64,000 nucleotides of DNA from an uncultured Oligoflexia bacterium (GCA_964013565.1 CAXGWU010000004.1:57491-121490); one strand, 5' to 3'. Shown: positions 10,348 through 19,416, counted from the stretch's first letter. Numbers and translations: made by a program. Notes: generated by a model from the sequence alone, not told the origin.

Positions 10348-11123
10348 GCGATTTTCAACCTCGTGTCCTTGTGCTTTCAGGAGATGGAATTAACTGTGAA
10401 AGGGAAACTGCAGAAGCTTTTGAGGCAGTTGGCTTTTCTGCAGAGATTCATCATCTGAATGATCTGATTTTAGATCAGGTGAGTCTCGAAATGCTTTCTG
10501 ATAAGTTTCAAGTCTTGGCGCTTCCTGGAGGGTTTTCTTTTGCAGATGATTTGGGTTCAGGCAAAATTTTGGCATTAAAAATAAAGCATGGACTGGGATG
10601 GAATCTTTCTCTTTATGCTCAAAAAGGTGGTCTTGTTTTAGGAATTTGTAATGGTTTCCAGGCGCTCATTCGACTCGGAGTTTTTGGGTATGATCTTTCT
10701 ATTACTCGAAATGACTCTGGGGTATTTATGAATCGTTGGGTGAGAGTCAGTCCTGATGGCGACAAATGTGTATGGTTAAAAGGGATGGGAGATATTGAAC
10801 TTCCTATTCGTCATGGAGAAGGCAAAATAGTTTTTCAATCGATCAAAGAAAAAGAAACGCTCGATCGTTTACATCGATTTGGCATGGACTGTCTTCGTTA
10901 TGAAAATAATCCAAATGGAAGTGAGGCAAATCTTGCCGGACTTTGCGATATGTCTGGAAGAATTTTAGGAATGATGCCTCATCCAGAAGCATTTGTGAGA
11001 TGGAGTGCTCATCCAGAGTGGACGATTCAAAAAAATAGAGCTCTTGCACCTGGAGCTGGGCTTTCTATTTTTCAAAACGCCTTTCAGGAAGTAAAAAAAC
11101 GACATCAAGAAAATGAGAATTGA
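10344..11123 (+). CDS. purQ: FGAM synthase, glutaminase subunit
   Basis: The Cys nucleophile context GICNGFQAL and the MMPHPE motif are present. I chose the start MSDFQPRVLVLSG because its ATGA overlaps the purL stop. The tracked ORF begins 18 nt earlier. Confidence 0.9.
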   Translation: MSDFQPRVLVLSGDGINCERETAEAFEAVGFSAEIHHLNDLILDQVSLEMLSDKFQVLALPGGFSFADDLGSGKILALKIKHGLGWNLSLYAQKGGLVLGICNGFQALIRLGVFGYDLSITRNDSGVFMNRWVRVSPDGDKCVWLKGMGDIELPIRHGEGKIVFQSIKEKETLDRLHRFGMDCLRYENNPNGSEANLAGLCDMSGRILGMMPHPEAFVRWSAHPEWTIQKNRALAPGAGLSIFQNAFQEVKKRHQENEN

Positions 11124-11347
11124 TCGTTTTTAACGACCTGTTTTTTTGTTTTGGAAGGCTTTTTAGGCTTAAAAAGAGGAAAAAGAAGCGGTGCGTAAAA
11201 AATGGTTTTTTATCGTAAATTCTTAACAAAACGAAAAGAGGTCATTGGGTTTTGTTTTTTTTAACTAAAAAAAAATAAAAAAAACCTTTTTTTATAGTTA
11301 AATTTTTATTTTTTATTCTTGTTGTGTTTTTTTTAATAAAAATAAAA

Positions 11348-11420
11348 ATCAAAAAAATTTTTTTGAAATTTTTAAATCAAAAATAAAAAAATCAAAAAAA
11401 TTTAATAAAAATCAAAAAAA
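11348..11420. repeat. Phased A-tract array: ATCAAAAAAA three times plus one variant, inside a roughly 250-bp stretch that is almost pure A/T
   Basis: ATCAAAAAAA occurs at 11348-11357, 11391-11400 and 11411-11420. The variant ATCAAAAATAAAAAAA lies at 11376-11391. The last two perfect copies are 20 bp apart, which is two helical turns. The array sits directly upstream of the candidate promoter. Confidence 0.7.
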
Positions 11421-11421
11421 C

Positions 11422-11450
11422 TTGATGGTTTAAAAAAACGTTGTGAAAAT
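11422..11450 (+). promoter_or_regulatory. Candidate sigma-70 promoter with an extended -10
   Basis: TTGATG lies at 11422-11427. A 17-nt spacer follows, then TGtGAAAAT at 11442-11450. The A-tract, UP-element-like DNA lies immediately upstream and the mini-ORF ATG is about 60 nt downstream. Confidence 0.45.
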
Positions 11451-11512
11451 TAGTGTATTGAAATTGGTATGTGTAGTTTTTACCTTTAAACCACTCCATG
11501 GAGGTTAATCTC

Positions 11513-11638
11513 ATGGCTAAGAAAAAGCGTGCTGCTAAGAAAACAACAGCTAAAAAAGCAACTAAAAAAAGAACAGCCAAAAAAAGAACGGCTAAGAAAA
11601 AAACTAAGAAAAAAGTAGCTAAGAAAAAGAAGAAGTAA
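11513..11638 (+). CDS. 41-aa Lys/Ala/Thr-rich basic protein resembling histone H1 / Hc1 tails; below the ORF-track length cutoff
   Basis: I translated it by hand as MAKKKRAAKKTTAKKATKKRTAKKRTAKKKTKKKVAKKKKK, ending at the TAA at 11636-11638. 25 of 41 residues are K or R. A GGAGG sequence at 11500-11504 lies 8 nt before the ATG. A strong terminator follows about 30 nt downstream. Confidence 0.6.
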   Translation: MAKKKRAAKKTTAKKATKKRTAKKRTAKKKTKKKVAKKKKK

Positions 11639-11665
11639 TTTTTCTATCTACTTTGATAGTTATTT

Positions 11666-11706
11666 AAGCGCCCTCTTTCAGAAATGAATTGAGGGCGTTT
11701 TTTTTT
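11666..11706 (+). terminator. Rho-independent terminator
   Basis: The stem pairs CGCCCTC (11669-11675) with GAGGGCG (11691-11697). A run of 9 T follows at 11698-11706. That T-run overlaps the stop codon of the convergent gene 11705..12328. Confidence 0.75.
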
Positions 11707-12328
11707 ATTCAATAGAATTATTTTTAAACCACAGCGAAAAATAAATGACACCTCCAATAGTTAAAGCACTACTGACTAAGTCAATTCCAATATTGAGTGG
11801 AAAGGGGGTGTAAGGAGAAAGTCCTCCGAGCAAAAGAACAGGAAGAAGGGCAAAAAACCAAATTCCTAAAAGAGGGAAGAAGTAGTGTTGACTTAATTCT
11901 TTTGAGTCTTGAAATGCATCTGCAATAGTTTCGTTTCTAAAAATAATGAACTGACCGTAAAAAAGGAACTGAATTCCAAAATAGATTCCAGGAAGAAGAA
12001 AAAGAAGGCCTCCGACAGTTACAAATGCCACATATAACAGAGTTCCACCCAGAATTCGCGGAAAAAAGGGGATCGACTCTTCCATCCACTGAGAAAAACT
12101 CAATTCGGGTTTTTGGATCAATTTTAATGTTAGTAAAAGTAGGAATGCTTGAGGTGTCGTGAGAATAACTGCAATAACAATCATTAAAATGACTTGTTCA
12201 GAGAATTGAGTAATGAGCATTCCTTCTAAATTTGAGAGAAGTGCTGAAATTAAAATAAGAAACCCTAAGCGAGGGAAATGATGAGGGATCCAACGAAGGG
12301 TGTCAGTCAAAGCTTGTCGAAATGTCAT
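11705..12328 (-). CDS. Polytopic membrane protein, unknown function
   Basis: The 207-aa product has about 5-6 hydrophobic segments. Its start overlaps the stop of the upstream ankyrin gene by 4 nt, so the two are probably co-transcribed. Confidence 0.6.
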   Translation of the reverse strand: MTFRQALTDTLRWIPHHFPRLGFLILISALLSNLEGMLITQFSEQVILMIVIAVILTTPQAFLLLLTLKLIQKPELSFSQWMEESIPFFPRILGGTLLYVAFVTVGGLLFLLPGIYFGIQFLFYGQFIIFRNETIADAFQDSKELSQHYFFPLLGIWFFALLPVLLLGGLSPYTPFPLNIGIDLVSSALTIGGVIYFSLWFKNNSIE

Positions 12329-13128
12329 TTTGAGGTCTCCAGTGTTTTAAGCCAATCAGCGACTTTCGGATGATTCTTTAATTCGGCGAGTTCTAGTGCC
12401 GTCTTTCCTGTATCTGTCTGAAGAGCGGGGTTTGCTCTTTGTTGGATTAGCGTTTTTACTGCATCCAAATGCCCATTCTCTGCAGCGTACATCAATGGGG
12501 TCTTTCCAAAGCGGTCGCTTTGATCAATAGGTAGTGGAGTCTGACTTAACAGAGTAAGAATTTCAGAATGTCCTTGTGAGGCCGCCATCATTGCCGCTGT
12601 TACTCCAAACTGACCTTCTTGTTTTACATTAACGTTGTGAGAAATCAAATCTTTGACAAATTGAGTTCGTCCTAAATAGGCACTTCTTAGTAATACAGTA
12701 TCCCCTTGATCATCTCGGATATGAAGATCAGCTCCTTTTTCGATAAGAAACTTAAAAAAAGGATAAGAATTGTTTTCAACAGTCCAATAAAGAGCCGTAC
12801 GTTTTCTTTCGTCTTGAGCGTTGATTTCTGCTCCTTTTATGAGGAGCTTCTTAGCGATTTCAATTTGATCTCCTCGTGCGGATGCGACAAAGAGAGTTCC
12901 TCCTACAGGAAGCGTGGTTTCAAGATGAAGTGCGGAGGATTCAAGAATGGGAGAGATGGTATCCCAATTACCGGAAAGAGCGGCTTTAAATGCAGAGAGT
13001 CGTGGCATGAGTGTTTCATTTCTAAACTTCATAAAATAAGTGATTAATGCACCTGAAAAAAGAATGACCACCAGTCCAAAGATAAGAAATACGGTTTTTG
13101 AAGAGTAGGTTTTATGAGTTGATTTCAT
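12325..13128 (-). CDS. Membrane-anchored ankyrin-repeat protein
   Basis: An N-terminal TM segment (VFLIFGLVVILFSGALITYF) is followed by about 5 ANK repeats. Examples are GKTPLMYAAENGHLDAVKTLIQQRANP, RTALYWTVENNSYPFFKFLIEKGADL and GVTAAMMAASQGHSEILTLL. Confidence 0.85.
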   Translation of the reverse strand: MKSTHKTYSSKTVFLIFGLVVILFSGALITYFMKFRNETLMPRLSAFKAALSGNWDTISPILESSALHLETTLPVGGTLFVASARGDQIEIAKKLLIKGAEINAQDERKRTALYWTVENNSYPFFKFLIEKGADLHIRDDQGDTVLLRSAYLGRTQFVKDLISHNVNVKQEGQFGVTAAMMAASQGHSEILTLLSQTPLPIDQSDRFGKTPLMYAAENGHLDAVKTLIQQRANPALQTDTGKTALELAELKNHPKVADWLKTLETSK

Positions 13129-13227
13129 TGCATGTCTTTATACATGAAAATAGCTTGTGATTCGAAATATTCGTGACCTCAGTCCTGAATTTAGGTAGGT
13201 TGGGGCGAATAAAAACAAGGGGATGGT

Positions 13228-14805
13228 GTGGAAACTCAAAAAAAAGACCAAAGATTAACCATTAGAAGAGCATTATTATCTGTTTCAGATAAGTCAGGAA
13301 TCATTGATCTGGGAAAGGCTCTGATTGAGCATGGTGCAGAAATTTTAGCTTCAGGTGGAACAGCGCAAGTTCTTCGACATGCTGGACTTGCGGTGACTGA
13401 TGTAGAGAGTGTTACGGGAAATCCGGAAGCTTTTGGCGGGCGGATGAAAACGCTGTCATTTAAAATGTCCAGTGGAATTCTTTATCGGAGAGGAAATGAA
13501 CAAGATGAAGAAGATCGAAAAAATTTGGGAATTCTGCCAATCGATGCAGTTGTCGTAAATTTTTATCCTTTTGAAGATGCAAAACAGAAATATGAAAACG
13601 GCCAAATTTCTGTAGAAGAATTGATTGAACAAATTGATATTGGTGGACCGACCTTGGTTCGAGCGGCCGCTAAAAATGCACCGGATGTTTTGACGCTTAT
13701 GGATCCTCATGATTACCGAGTCATTATTGAAGAGCTTCTCATACAAAAAGGAATTCAACAGGAAACAATTGTTCGTTGTACACAAAAAGCGTGGTCAGAA
13801 GTGAGTCATTATGATCGAGTTATTGGAGAAGTATTTGGAAGTCATATTCCACTGAAATATGGAGAGAATCCTCATCAGAGCGCTTTCTTTGAGATTGAAA
13901 AAAATTCGCCTATCGCATGGAATGCCCCTTTGACTGATTCCGCACTTTCTTACAATAATATGCTTGATATTTCTGCTGGATATGAACTTTTAAACGAACT
14001 CCAGCAATGGAGACCAGATGACTCTTCTGTGGTCATTGTGAAACATAATCAACCTTGTGGAGTTGCACTTTTTGAAGGAGTTTCCAGTGAAAAGCAAAAA
14101 GAAGCTTTTTTGAGAGCGTGGGAAGGGGATCCTATTTCTGCATTTGGAGGGGTGGTTTTGTTTTCTCATCCTTTAGGAGAGGAAACGGCGTTACTTTTAA
14201 GAGACCAATTTATTGAGTGCGTGGTTGCTCCGGGGATGGATTCTGAAACCTCCTCGTTAAAGCTTCTTTGTGAAAAGAGAAAAAATTTAAAAGCAGTTCG
14301 AATTAATTATTTTGGTTCATTGGAGTTCGCTCATCAAATTCGAGTGGTAGGAGGAACGCTGACTCAAGGAAGAGATCAGGGAATGAACGAGTCTTTTGTC
14401 TCTCAAACTCAAAATTCTTGGAATTCAAAAGATGATGCTCTCGGTGCTTTCGGTGTATTTGTGACGAGAGCATTAAAGAGCAATGCAATAGCGTTGGTTA
14501 GATCATTAGAAGGAGGCTTTCAGTGTGTAGGAGCTGGGCAGGGCCAACCAAATCGAGTGGAAGCTCTTCAAAAACTAGCGATTCCTAGAGCACAAGCTGT
14601 CTTGAAAAAGCAAACACTCGAAGAGTGTATTTTAGTAAGTGATGCTTTTTTTCCGTTTCGAGATAGCATCGACTTTTCTGCTTCTTTTGGAATAAAAAAA
14701 ATAATTCAGCCAGGGGGAAGTCGAAAGGATCAGGAAGTCATTACCGCTTGTAATGAACAAGGAGTCGCTATGGCTTTTTCTGGAGTTCGACACTTTAGAC
14801 ATTAA
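13228..14805 (+). CDS. purH: Bifunctional AICAR transformylase / IMP cyclohydrolase
   Basis: Motifs ALLSVSDKSG, IDIGGPTLVRAAAKN, YGENPHQ and AFFPFRD are present. The start is GTG with an AAGGGGA Shine-Dalgarno sequence. Confidence 0.95.
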   Translation: METQKKDQRLTIRRALLSVSDKSGIIDLGKALIEHGAEILASGGTAQVLRHAGLAVTDVESVTGNPEAFGGRMKTLSFKMSSGILYRRGNEQDEEDRKNLGILPIDAVVVNFYPFEDAKQKYENGQISVEELIEQIDIGGPTLVRAAAKNAPDVLTLMDPHDYRVIIEELLIQKGIQQETIVRCTQKAWSEVSHYDRVIGEVFGSHIPLKYGENPHQSAFFEIEKNSPIAWNAPLTDSALSYNNMLDISAGYELLNELQQWRPDDSSVVIVKHNQPCGVALFEGVSSEKQKEAFLRAWEGDPISAFGGVVLFSHPLGEETALLLRDQFIECVVAPGMDSETSSLKLLCEKRKNLKAVRINYFGSLEFAHQIRVVGGTLTQGRDQGMNESFVSQTQNSWNSKDDALGAFGVFVTRALKSNAIALVRSLEGGFQCVGAGQGQPNRVEALQKLAIPRAQAVLKKQTLEECILVSDAFFPFRDSIDFSASFGIKKIIQPGGSRKDQEVITACNEQGVAMAFSGVRHFRH

Positions 14806-14821
14806 ATAAAGGAGACGTTTT

Positions 14822-15838
14822 GTGAAATTAACTTATAGTGATGCAGGTGTTGATGTAGCTCAAGGAGATGCGTTTGTACGGCAGATTTCTAAACTTGTTC
14901 GATCGACTCATCATTCGAAAGTAAAATCTCATCCCTCTGGATATGCTTCTCTTTATCGTTTTTTTAATGGATATCTTGCAGCCAGTACAGATGGAGTGGG
15001 TACTAAATTAAAACTTGCTTTTGACTCCGGGATTCATACTTCGGTGGGTGAAGATTTAGTGGCCATGTCTGTCAATGACCTTCTTTGTGTCGGTGCGACT
15101 CCAGCTTTTTTTTTAGATTATTTAGCAACAAGTCGTCTTGATCCTTCTGTTCATGTAGATGTGGTGAAAGGAATCGTAAGAGGCTGTAAAAAAGCAAAAA
15201 TCGCGTTAGTTGGAGGGGAAACAGCGGAGATGCCTGGGTTTTACTCATCTGGAGAGTATGATCTTGCTGGATTTGCAGTAGGCTACGTAGAACGAGAAAT
15301 GCTATTTAAACAAAAAATAAAAAAGGGAGATGTTTTGATTGGTCTTCCTTCTACAGGTTTTCATAGTAACGGATACAGTCTGGTCAGAAAGATATTAGAG
15401 AAAAATCCAAAAAGTATTGATATTCGAGAACTTTTAAAACCCACTGAAATTTATGTAGACTCTGTTTTGCCTTTGATTCGGTCAAAGAAAATCAAGGCGA
15501 TGGCTCATATTACGGGGGGTGGGCTTTGGAATCTAACTCGTTTATCTCAATCCGTTTCTTACCAAGTGAATCTTCCTCAAACTAAAAGTCTTCCTCAGGG
15601 TTTTCGGTGGTTGATCGATCTTGATCAAGTGAGTCCTATTGAGATGATGAGAACTTTTAATATGGGAATAGGAATGATTTTAGTTGTTTCTCCAGAGAAT
15701 GAGAAAAGTGTTCTTTCTTCTTTAAGGAAAAGAAAGAAAAAATTGATAATGCTCGGACATGTGATTTCTAAGAAAAAAGAATGTGAAATTAAAGTAGAAA
15801 GCGAATGGGGGCCTTTGACTTTACGCGAAAGAAATTAA
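14822..15838 (+). CDS. purM: AIR synthetase
   Basis: Motifs YSDAGVDV, DGVGTKLK, GGETAEMPG and HSNGYSL are present. The start is GTG with an AAGGAGA Shine-Dalgarno sequence. Confidence 0.95.
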   Translation: MKLTYSDAGVDVAQGDAFVRQISKLVRSTHHSKVKSHPSGYASLYRFFNGYLAASTDGVGTKLKLAFDSGIHTSVGEDLVAMSVNDLLCVGATPAFFLDYLATSRLDPSVHVDVVKGIVRGCKKAKIALVGGETAEMPGFYSSGEYDLAGFAVGYVEREMLFKQKIKKGDVLIGLPSTGFHSNGYSLVRKILEKNPKSIDIRELLKPTEIYVDSVLPLIRSKKIKAMAHITGGGLWNLTRLSQSVSYQVNLPQTKSLPQGFRWLIDLDQVSPIEMMRTFNMGIGMILVVSPENEKSVLSSLRKRKKKLIMLGHVISKKKECEIKVESEWGPLTLRERN

Positions 15839-15839
15839 A

Positions 15840-18467
15840 ATGTGGAATTTAGATCAAATTGAGTACAAAAAAATATCTGGACTTAAACCTAAGCAATGGA
15901 TTGTTGTGAGTGGTGGACTTTCTCGAGAAGAGCTAAAACAGTTTTTTTTTGATCAAGGACTAGGATTGACTCAATCAGCGCTAGTGACTCCTTCGTTGCT
16001 CGCAGAAACTCTTTTAAAAAAAAGTGGAATAAAAAAAACTTTACTCTCTTCTTTTGGGAGGCAAGAGGGGTTGAGAATTTTATTATCTCATTCTCAGATT
16101 TTAGAACTTCTTCCAGAAATCAATTCGAGAAAAAGACAACGTTCATTTTATAAAAAACTCGATCGTTCAATTCAGTCTTTAAGAATGTCGATCACTCAAC
16201 CGATGGATATTGAAGTTTTTGAAGAGCGTTTGACTGAAAAATTTGGAAAAAGAGGTTTAAGAAGAGAAGTTCAAGTTCTTTCAAATGCATTTGAATCTTG
16301 GTTAGATGAAATGAATTTAATGGATGTTCCACTTCTTTATCAAAAAGCATCTGAATTTTTGGAAGAAAATGAGTTTGATTTTCCGGAGAAAATTCATTGG
16401 TTTCATCCCTTTGAACTTGAAAATAGAGAAAAAAGATTTGCTGAAGTTTTACAGCATCAAGTGGATATTGACTTTCATCACCTTGAAAAGAAAAAAGAAC
16501 TCAAAATTGATGTAAATGTTGAGCGTTGGCATACTAACGATGATGCAGTAGAGCAATTGGCGGATCAACTTGTATTAAATGGATGGGAGAATTCAGTTAT
16601 TTTAATGGCAGACGATCCTTCTTTAAGAAGGAGTTTGAATCGCTGTTTAAAAGAACGAGGAATTCCACTTGCAGAGTCTCGAGATCCGACAGCACTGCGA
16701 TGGGATGAAAATTTAAAATGGGCATTTTCTCCTTTGAAAGTAGTTTCGTCTCGGTACGAAACTCTCTCTGTTCGTTCCTACTTAAGTTATTTTGATTTAG
16801 ATTTGTTAAGAAAATCCCAAAATTGGATCGCAGAGTATGGAATTCGAAAGGATCTAAAAAATTATAATTGTCCTCAATTAAAATCTCTTTATGAAAATTT
16901 GTTGATTTTAGAAGAGTCTTTTGGAAGAAGGATGACTTTAGAAGAGATCTCGTCTAAACAACTTGAATTTTTAAATCGCTATAGTGAATCGATTGATTCT
17001 CATCAGTTAGAACTTTTTGTTTTTTTAGAAAAGTTTTGGAAATCTTTTCAAACCGATTTAAAAGCTCTGGGACTTGAAAGAAAAAAAGCACCTGTCGGTT
17101 GGTGGTTAGAGCGTGTGGGAGATCGATTGGATCAGATGGGAGCTTTAGTTGATTTAATCAAACCCACTCATGGAGTTCAAATTTATCGATTTTCTCAAGT
17201 TCCTTTTTGGAGTAATCGAGAAAAAATAAAAAACCTTTACTTTTTAGGGTTTTCCTCGCGATGGCTCTCGGGCGATTCTGTTGCGGATTATGGAATGAAT
17301 GATCGAGAAAAAGATCTTTTATCCTCTGAGTTCAATGTAACTTCGACCTTTAGGGTCATTGAACAAAGAATGTTGATTTTAGATCAATGGCTTGATTTAT
17401 CAGAACAGGTCACCTTTTTAGATTCTCATTATGCTTGGGATGGAAAAGAAAAGGAAAGTCTTCATGCGACTTTTCAGGAGTGGCCAAGTGTAAATGTTTT
17501 GGAAACTAAGCATTACGGAACGCACTCAAGGTGGAAAAAATCATTTTCTGGTTTGATGAAAAAACAAGAAAATAACTTAAAGTTAACTCCTCTTGTGAAA
17601 GAAGAAGTCAGAGCAACAGAGTTAGATCGTTACAGTCGATGTTTATTTCAAGGATTGGCTGCTTATCGTTGGAACTTAAGAGATGTTCGCCATGCAGAGG
17701 AAGAACTTTGGCCGGATGTCCTTGGAAATCTCCTTCATGCGTGTGTAGAGATTTTATTGTTAAATCGAACAGATCAAGGAACATTTACGAAGAGCTTGAA
17801 TGAAGTCATTGAAGAAGCTCAATCAAGAGTTCGTATTAAAGGGTGGATGAAAAACCGATTAACTGATCATGCATTGATTAGAAAAATAAAGAAAATTTTA
17901 GAAGTTTTTTGTGAAAAAGAAAAAGAGTATGTCCTTCGTTCGGGTACAGCCGTTTTTCAATTAGAAGATCAAAATTCACTTTCACTTCAGATAGGAAAAA
18001 CTCGAGTTTATGGAAGACCTGATCGAATTGATTCACATCCGGATGGATTATTTGTAATTGATTATAAAACATCATCACAACTCCCTGCGGGAGTAGAAAT
18101 GATTGAAGATCATTATCGGTTGCAACTTCCATTTTACGCGTTAGCAGCTCCATTGCAGTATCAAAGACCTGTGATTGGTGCTCAATTGATTCAATTGAAT
18201 TCAAGTGGGAATCGAAATCACGGTATTTTTTACAAAAAATGGAATGATAAAAAAGAAGGATTGACTCATACTCGTTCAAAAAAAAATGTTTTTGAAGAAG
18301 AGCCTGAATTTATTTGGTCCCGGGCGTATGAGGCGATCGAGCACACTTTAAAAGAAATGGAATCTGGAATGTATTCTGCGGTTCCACGAAAAGAAATAGA
18401 ATGTCGATCATGCGTATATTCTGATCTTTGCGGAAAACGTAGGCAGCGTGTTGATCTGGATGAGTAG
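15840..18467 (+). CDS. addB: AddB-type PD-(D/E)XK nuclease subunit with an Fe-S (iron-staple) Cys motif
   Basis: The C-terminal nuclease motif is RPDRID...VIDYKTS. The Cys pattern is C (YSRCLFQG) followed by CX2CX5C (CRSCVYSDLC). I saw no Walker A motif. The gene sits next to a UvrD-like helicase. Confidence 0.7.
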   Translation: MWNLDQIEYKKISGLKPKQWIVVSGGLSREELKQFFFDQGLGLTQSALVTPSLLAETLLKKSGIKKTLLSSFGRQEGLRILLSHSQILELLPEINSRKRQRSFYKKLDRSIQSLRMSITQPMDIEVFEERLTEKFGKRGLRREVQVLSNAFESWLDEMNLMDVPLLYQKASEFLEENEFDFPEKIHWFHPFELENREKRFAEVLQHQVDIDFHHLEKKKELKIDVNVERWHTNDDAVEQLADQLVLNGWENSVILMADDPSLRRSLNRCLKERGIPLAESRDPTALRWDENLKWAFSPLKVVSSRYETLSVRSYLSYFDLDLLRKSQNWIAEYGIRKDLKNYNCPQLKSLYENLLILEESFGRRMTLEEISSKQLEFLNRYSESIDSHQLELFVFLEKFWKSFQTDLKALGLERKKAPVGWWLERVGDRLDQMGALVDLIKPTHGVQIYRFSQVPFWSNREKIKNLYFLGFSSRWLSGDSVADYGMNDREKDLLSSEFNVTSTFRVIEQRMLILDQWLDLSEQVTFLDSHYAWDGKEKESLHATFQEWPSVNVLETKHYGTHSRWKKSFSGLMKKQENNLKLTPLVKEEVRATELDRYSRCLFQGLAAYRWNLRDVRHAEEELWPDVLGNLLHACVEILLLNRTDQGTFTKSLNEVIEEAQSRVRIKGWMKNRLTDHALIRKIKKILEVFCEKEKEYVLRSGTAVFQLEDQNSLSLQIGKTRVYGRPDRIDSHPDGLFVIDYKTSSQLPAGVEMIEDHYRLQLPFYALAAPLQYQRPVIGAQLIQLNSSGNRNHGIFYKKWNDKKEGLTHTRSKKNVFEEEPEFIWSRAYEAIEHTLKEMESGMYSAVPRKEIECRSCVYSDLCGKRRQRVDLDE

Positions 18468-18684
18468 CGTTTTTTTAAAAAAAGGTCTGGTATTAAAAGG
18501 AACCGGTGATCTTGATTTTGGTTATCAGTCTATCAAAGCGTAGATTCAAATTTGTTGAAATGATTCGTTAAACTAAAATAAACAGGTATTGAGTGGGTGA
18601 ATTTTTTAAGAAAAGAAATTTATATAACGCATATTGACATAATTTGATCTTTTTTTTAGCTCCTAGTGGAGATGAGGAGAGATC

Positions 18685-19371
18685 ATGAAAGTTTCAAGTT
18701 TAATGGTGGGAATTCTGGCTTTAAGCCTAGGGGGGTGTGAAATTCACCAAGTCGCAAAGCATGTGACAAAAAAAGTAGGAATTCCAGTCCATGTAAGAAC
18801 GACAGAAGATGATGAATGTATGCAGTCGACATTAGATTCTCTTGTCAAAGAATATGAGGGTCTCTCCTCTTCTCAAAAAAGAAAGCTGAGAAAAAATTTA
18901 TCAATGTATCGGTCTATTATTTTAAATCGATCTGAAAAAGTGCAAGAAGTTCATGGGACTTTGACACGTGTTTTTTTAATAAAGTCTAGAAAAAAAAGTG
19001 ACTGTGGGGGGCGTCTATGTACTGCATATCAGGGATATGTTGCTCAGAAAGATATCTGTGATGAGAATGGTATTTGTGATGGAAGGCGTTGGATCGGTGA
19101 GAATCCTGTGACTCATGTCAAGGCAGGAGATTCTTTGGAAATTACGCCGCAAATGGGACTGGACCAAACTTATTTGACTTATTATCAAACCCTACAAAAA
19201 GCGACTTTTGATCAAGCCAATACAATTGATGAAACATCTCTTCTTTGGCAAGAAGATAAACTTTATAAATTAGTAAATGTGCCACCGAAAAGAAAGATTG
19301 CTCAATCATTTAAAGCTCCTATCAATGGAATTTATTGTAGTCCTGCGATTCATTTAAAAGATCTCTTTTAA
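18685..19371 (+). CDS. Lipoprotein, unknown function
   Basis: It has a signal peptide and lipobox (LALSLGGC) and a GGAGATGAGGAG Shine-Dalgarno region. It sits between the addB-like and addA-like genes. Confidence 0.6.
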   Translation: MKVSSLMVGILALSLGGCEIHQVAKHVTKKVGIPVHVRTTEDDECMQSTLDSLVKEYEGLSSSQKRKLRKNLSMYRSIILNRSEKVQEVHGTLTRVFLIKSRKKSDCGGRLCTAYQGYVAQKDICDENGICDGRRWIGENPVTHVKAGDSLEITPQMGLDQTYLTYYQTLQKATFDQANTIDETSLLWQEDKLYKLVNVPPKRKIAQSFKAPINGIYCSPAIHLKDLF

Positions 19372-19416
19372 TCCATAACTCTAAGAGTCATGCCTTTTTT
19401 TCTGATAAGAAGGGGC

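Noticed and set aside
11392-11580. 62-aa minus-strand ORF (MAVLFLVAFLAVVFLAARFF...) overlapping the Lys-rich mini-ORF.
   Set aside because: It is the reverse complement of the AAG/AAA/GCT-rich coding strand, which gives its Phe/Leu/Ala-rich mirror sequence, and it then runs into the A/T-tract spacer. The plus-strand ORF has the Shine-Dalgarno sequence, the promoter and the terminator. The minus-strand ORF has none of these.
13129-13227. Possible ZTP (pfl) riboswitch upstream of purH, prompted by the CGTGACC-like string.
   Set aside because: The conserved GACTGGCG and CCGCCTGGGC-type elements and the pseudoknot partner are absent. The region is only 99 nt and also has to hold a divergent promoter.
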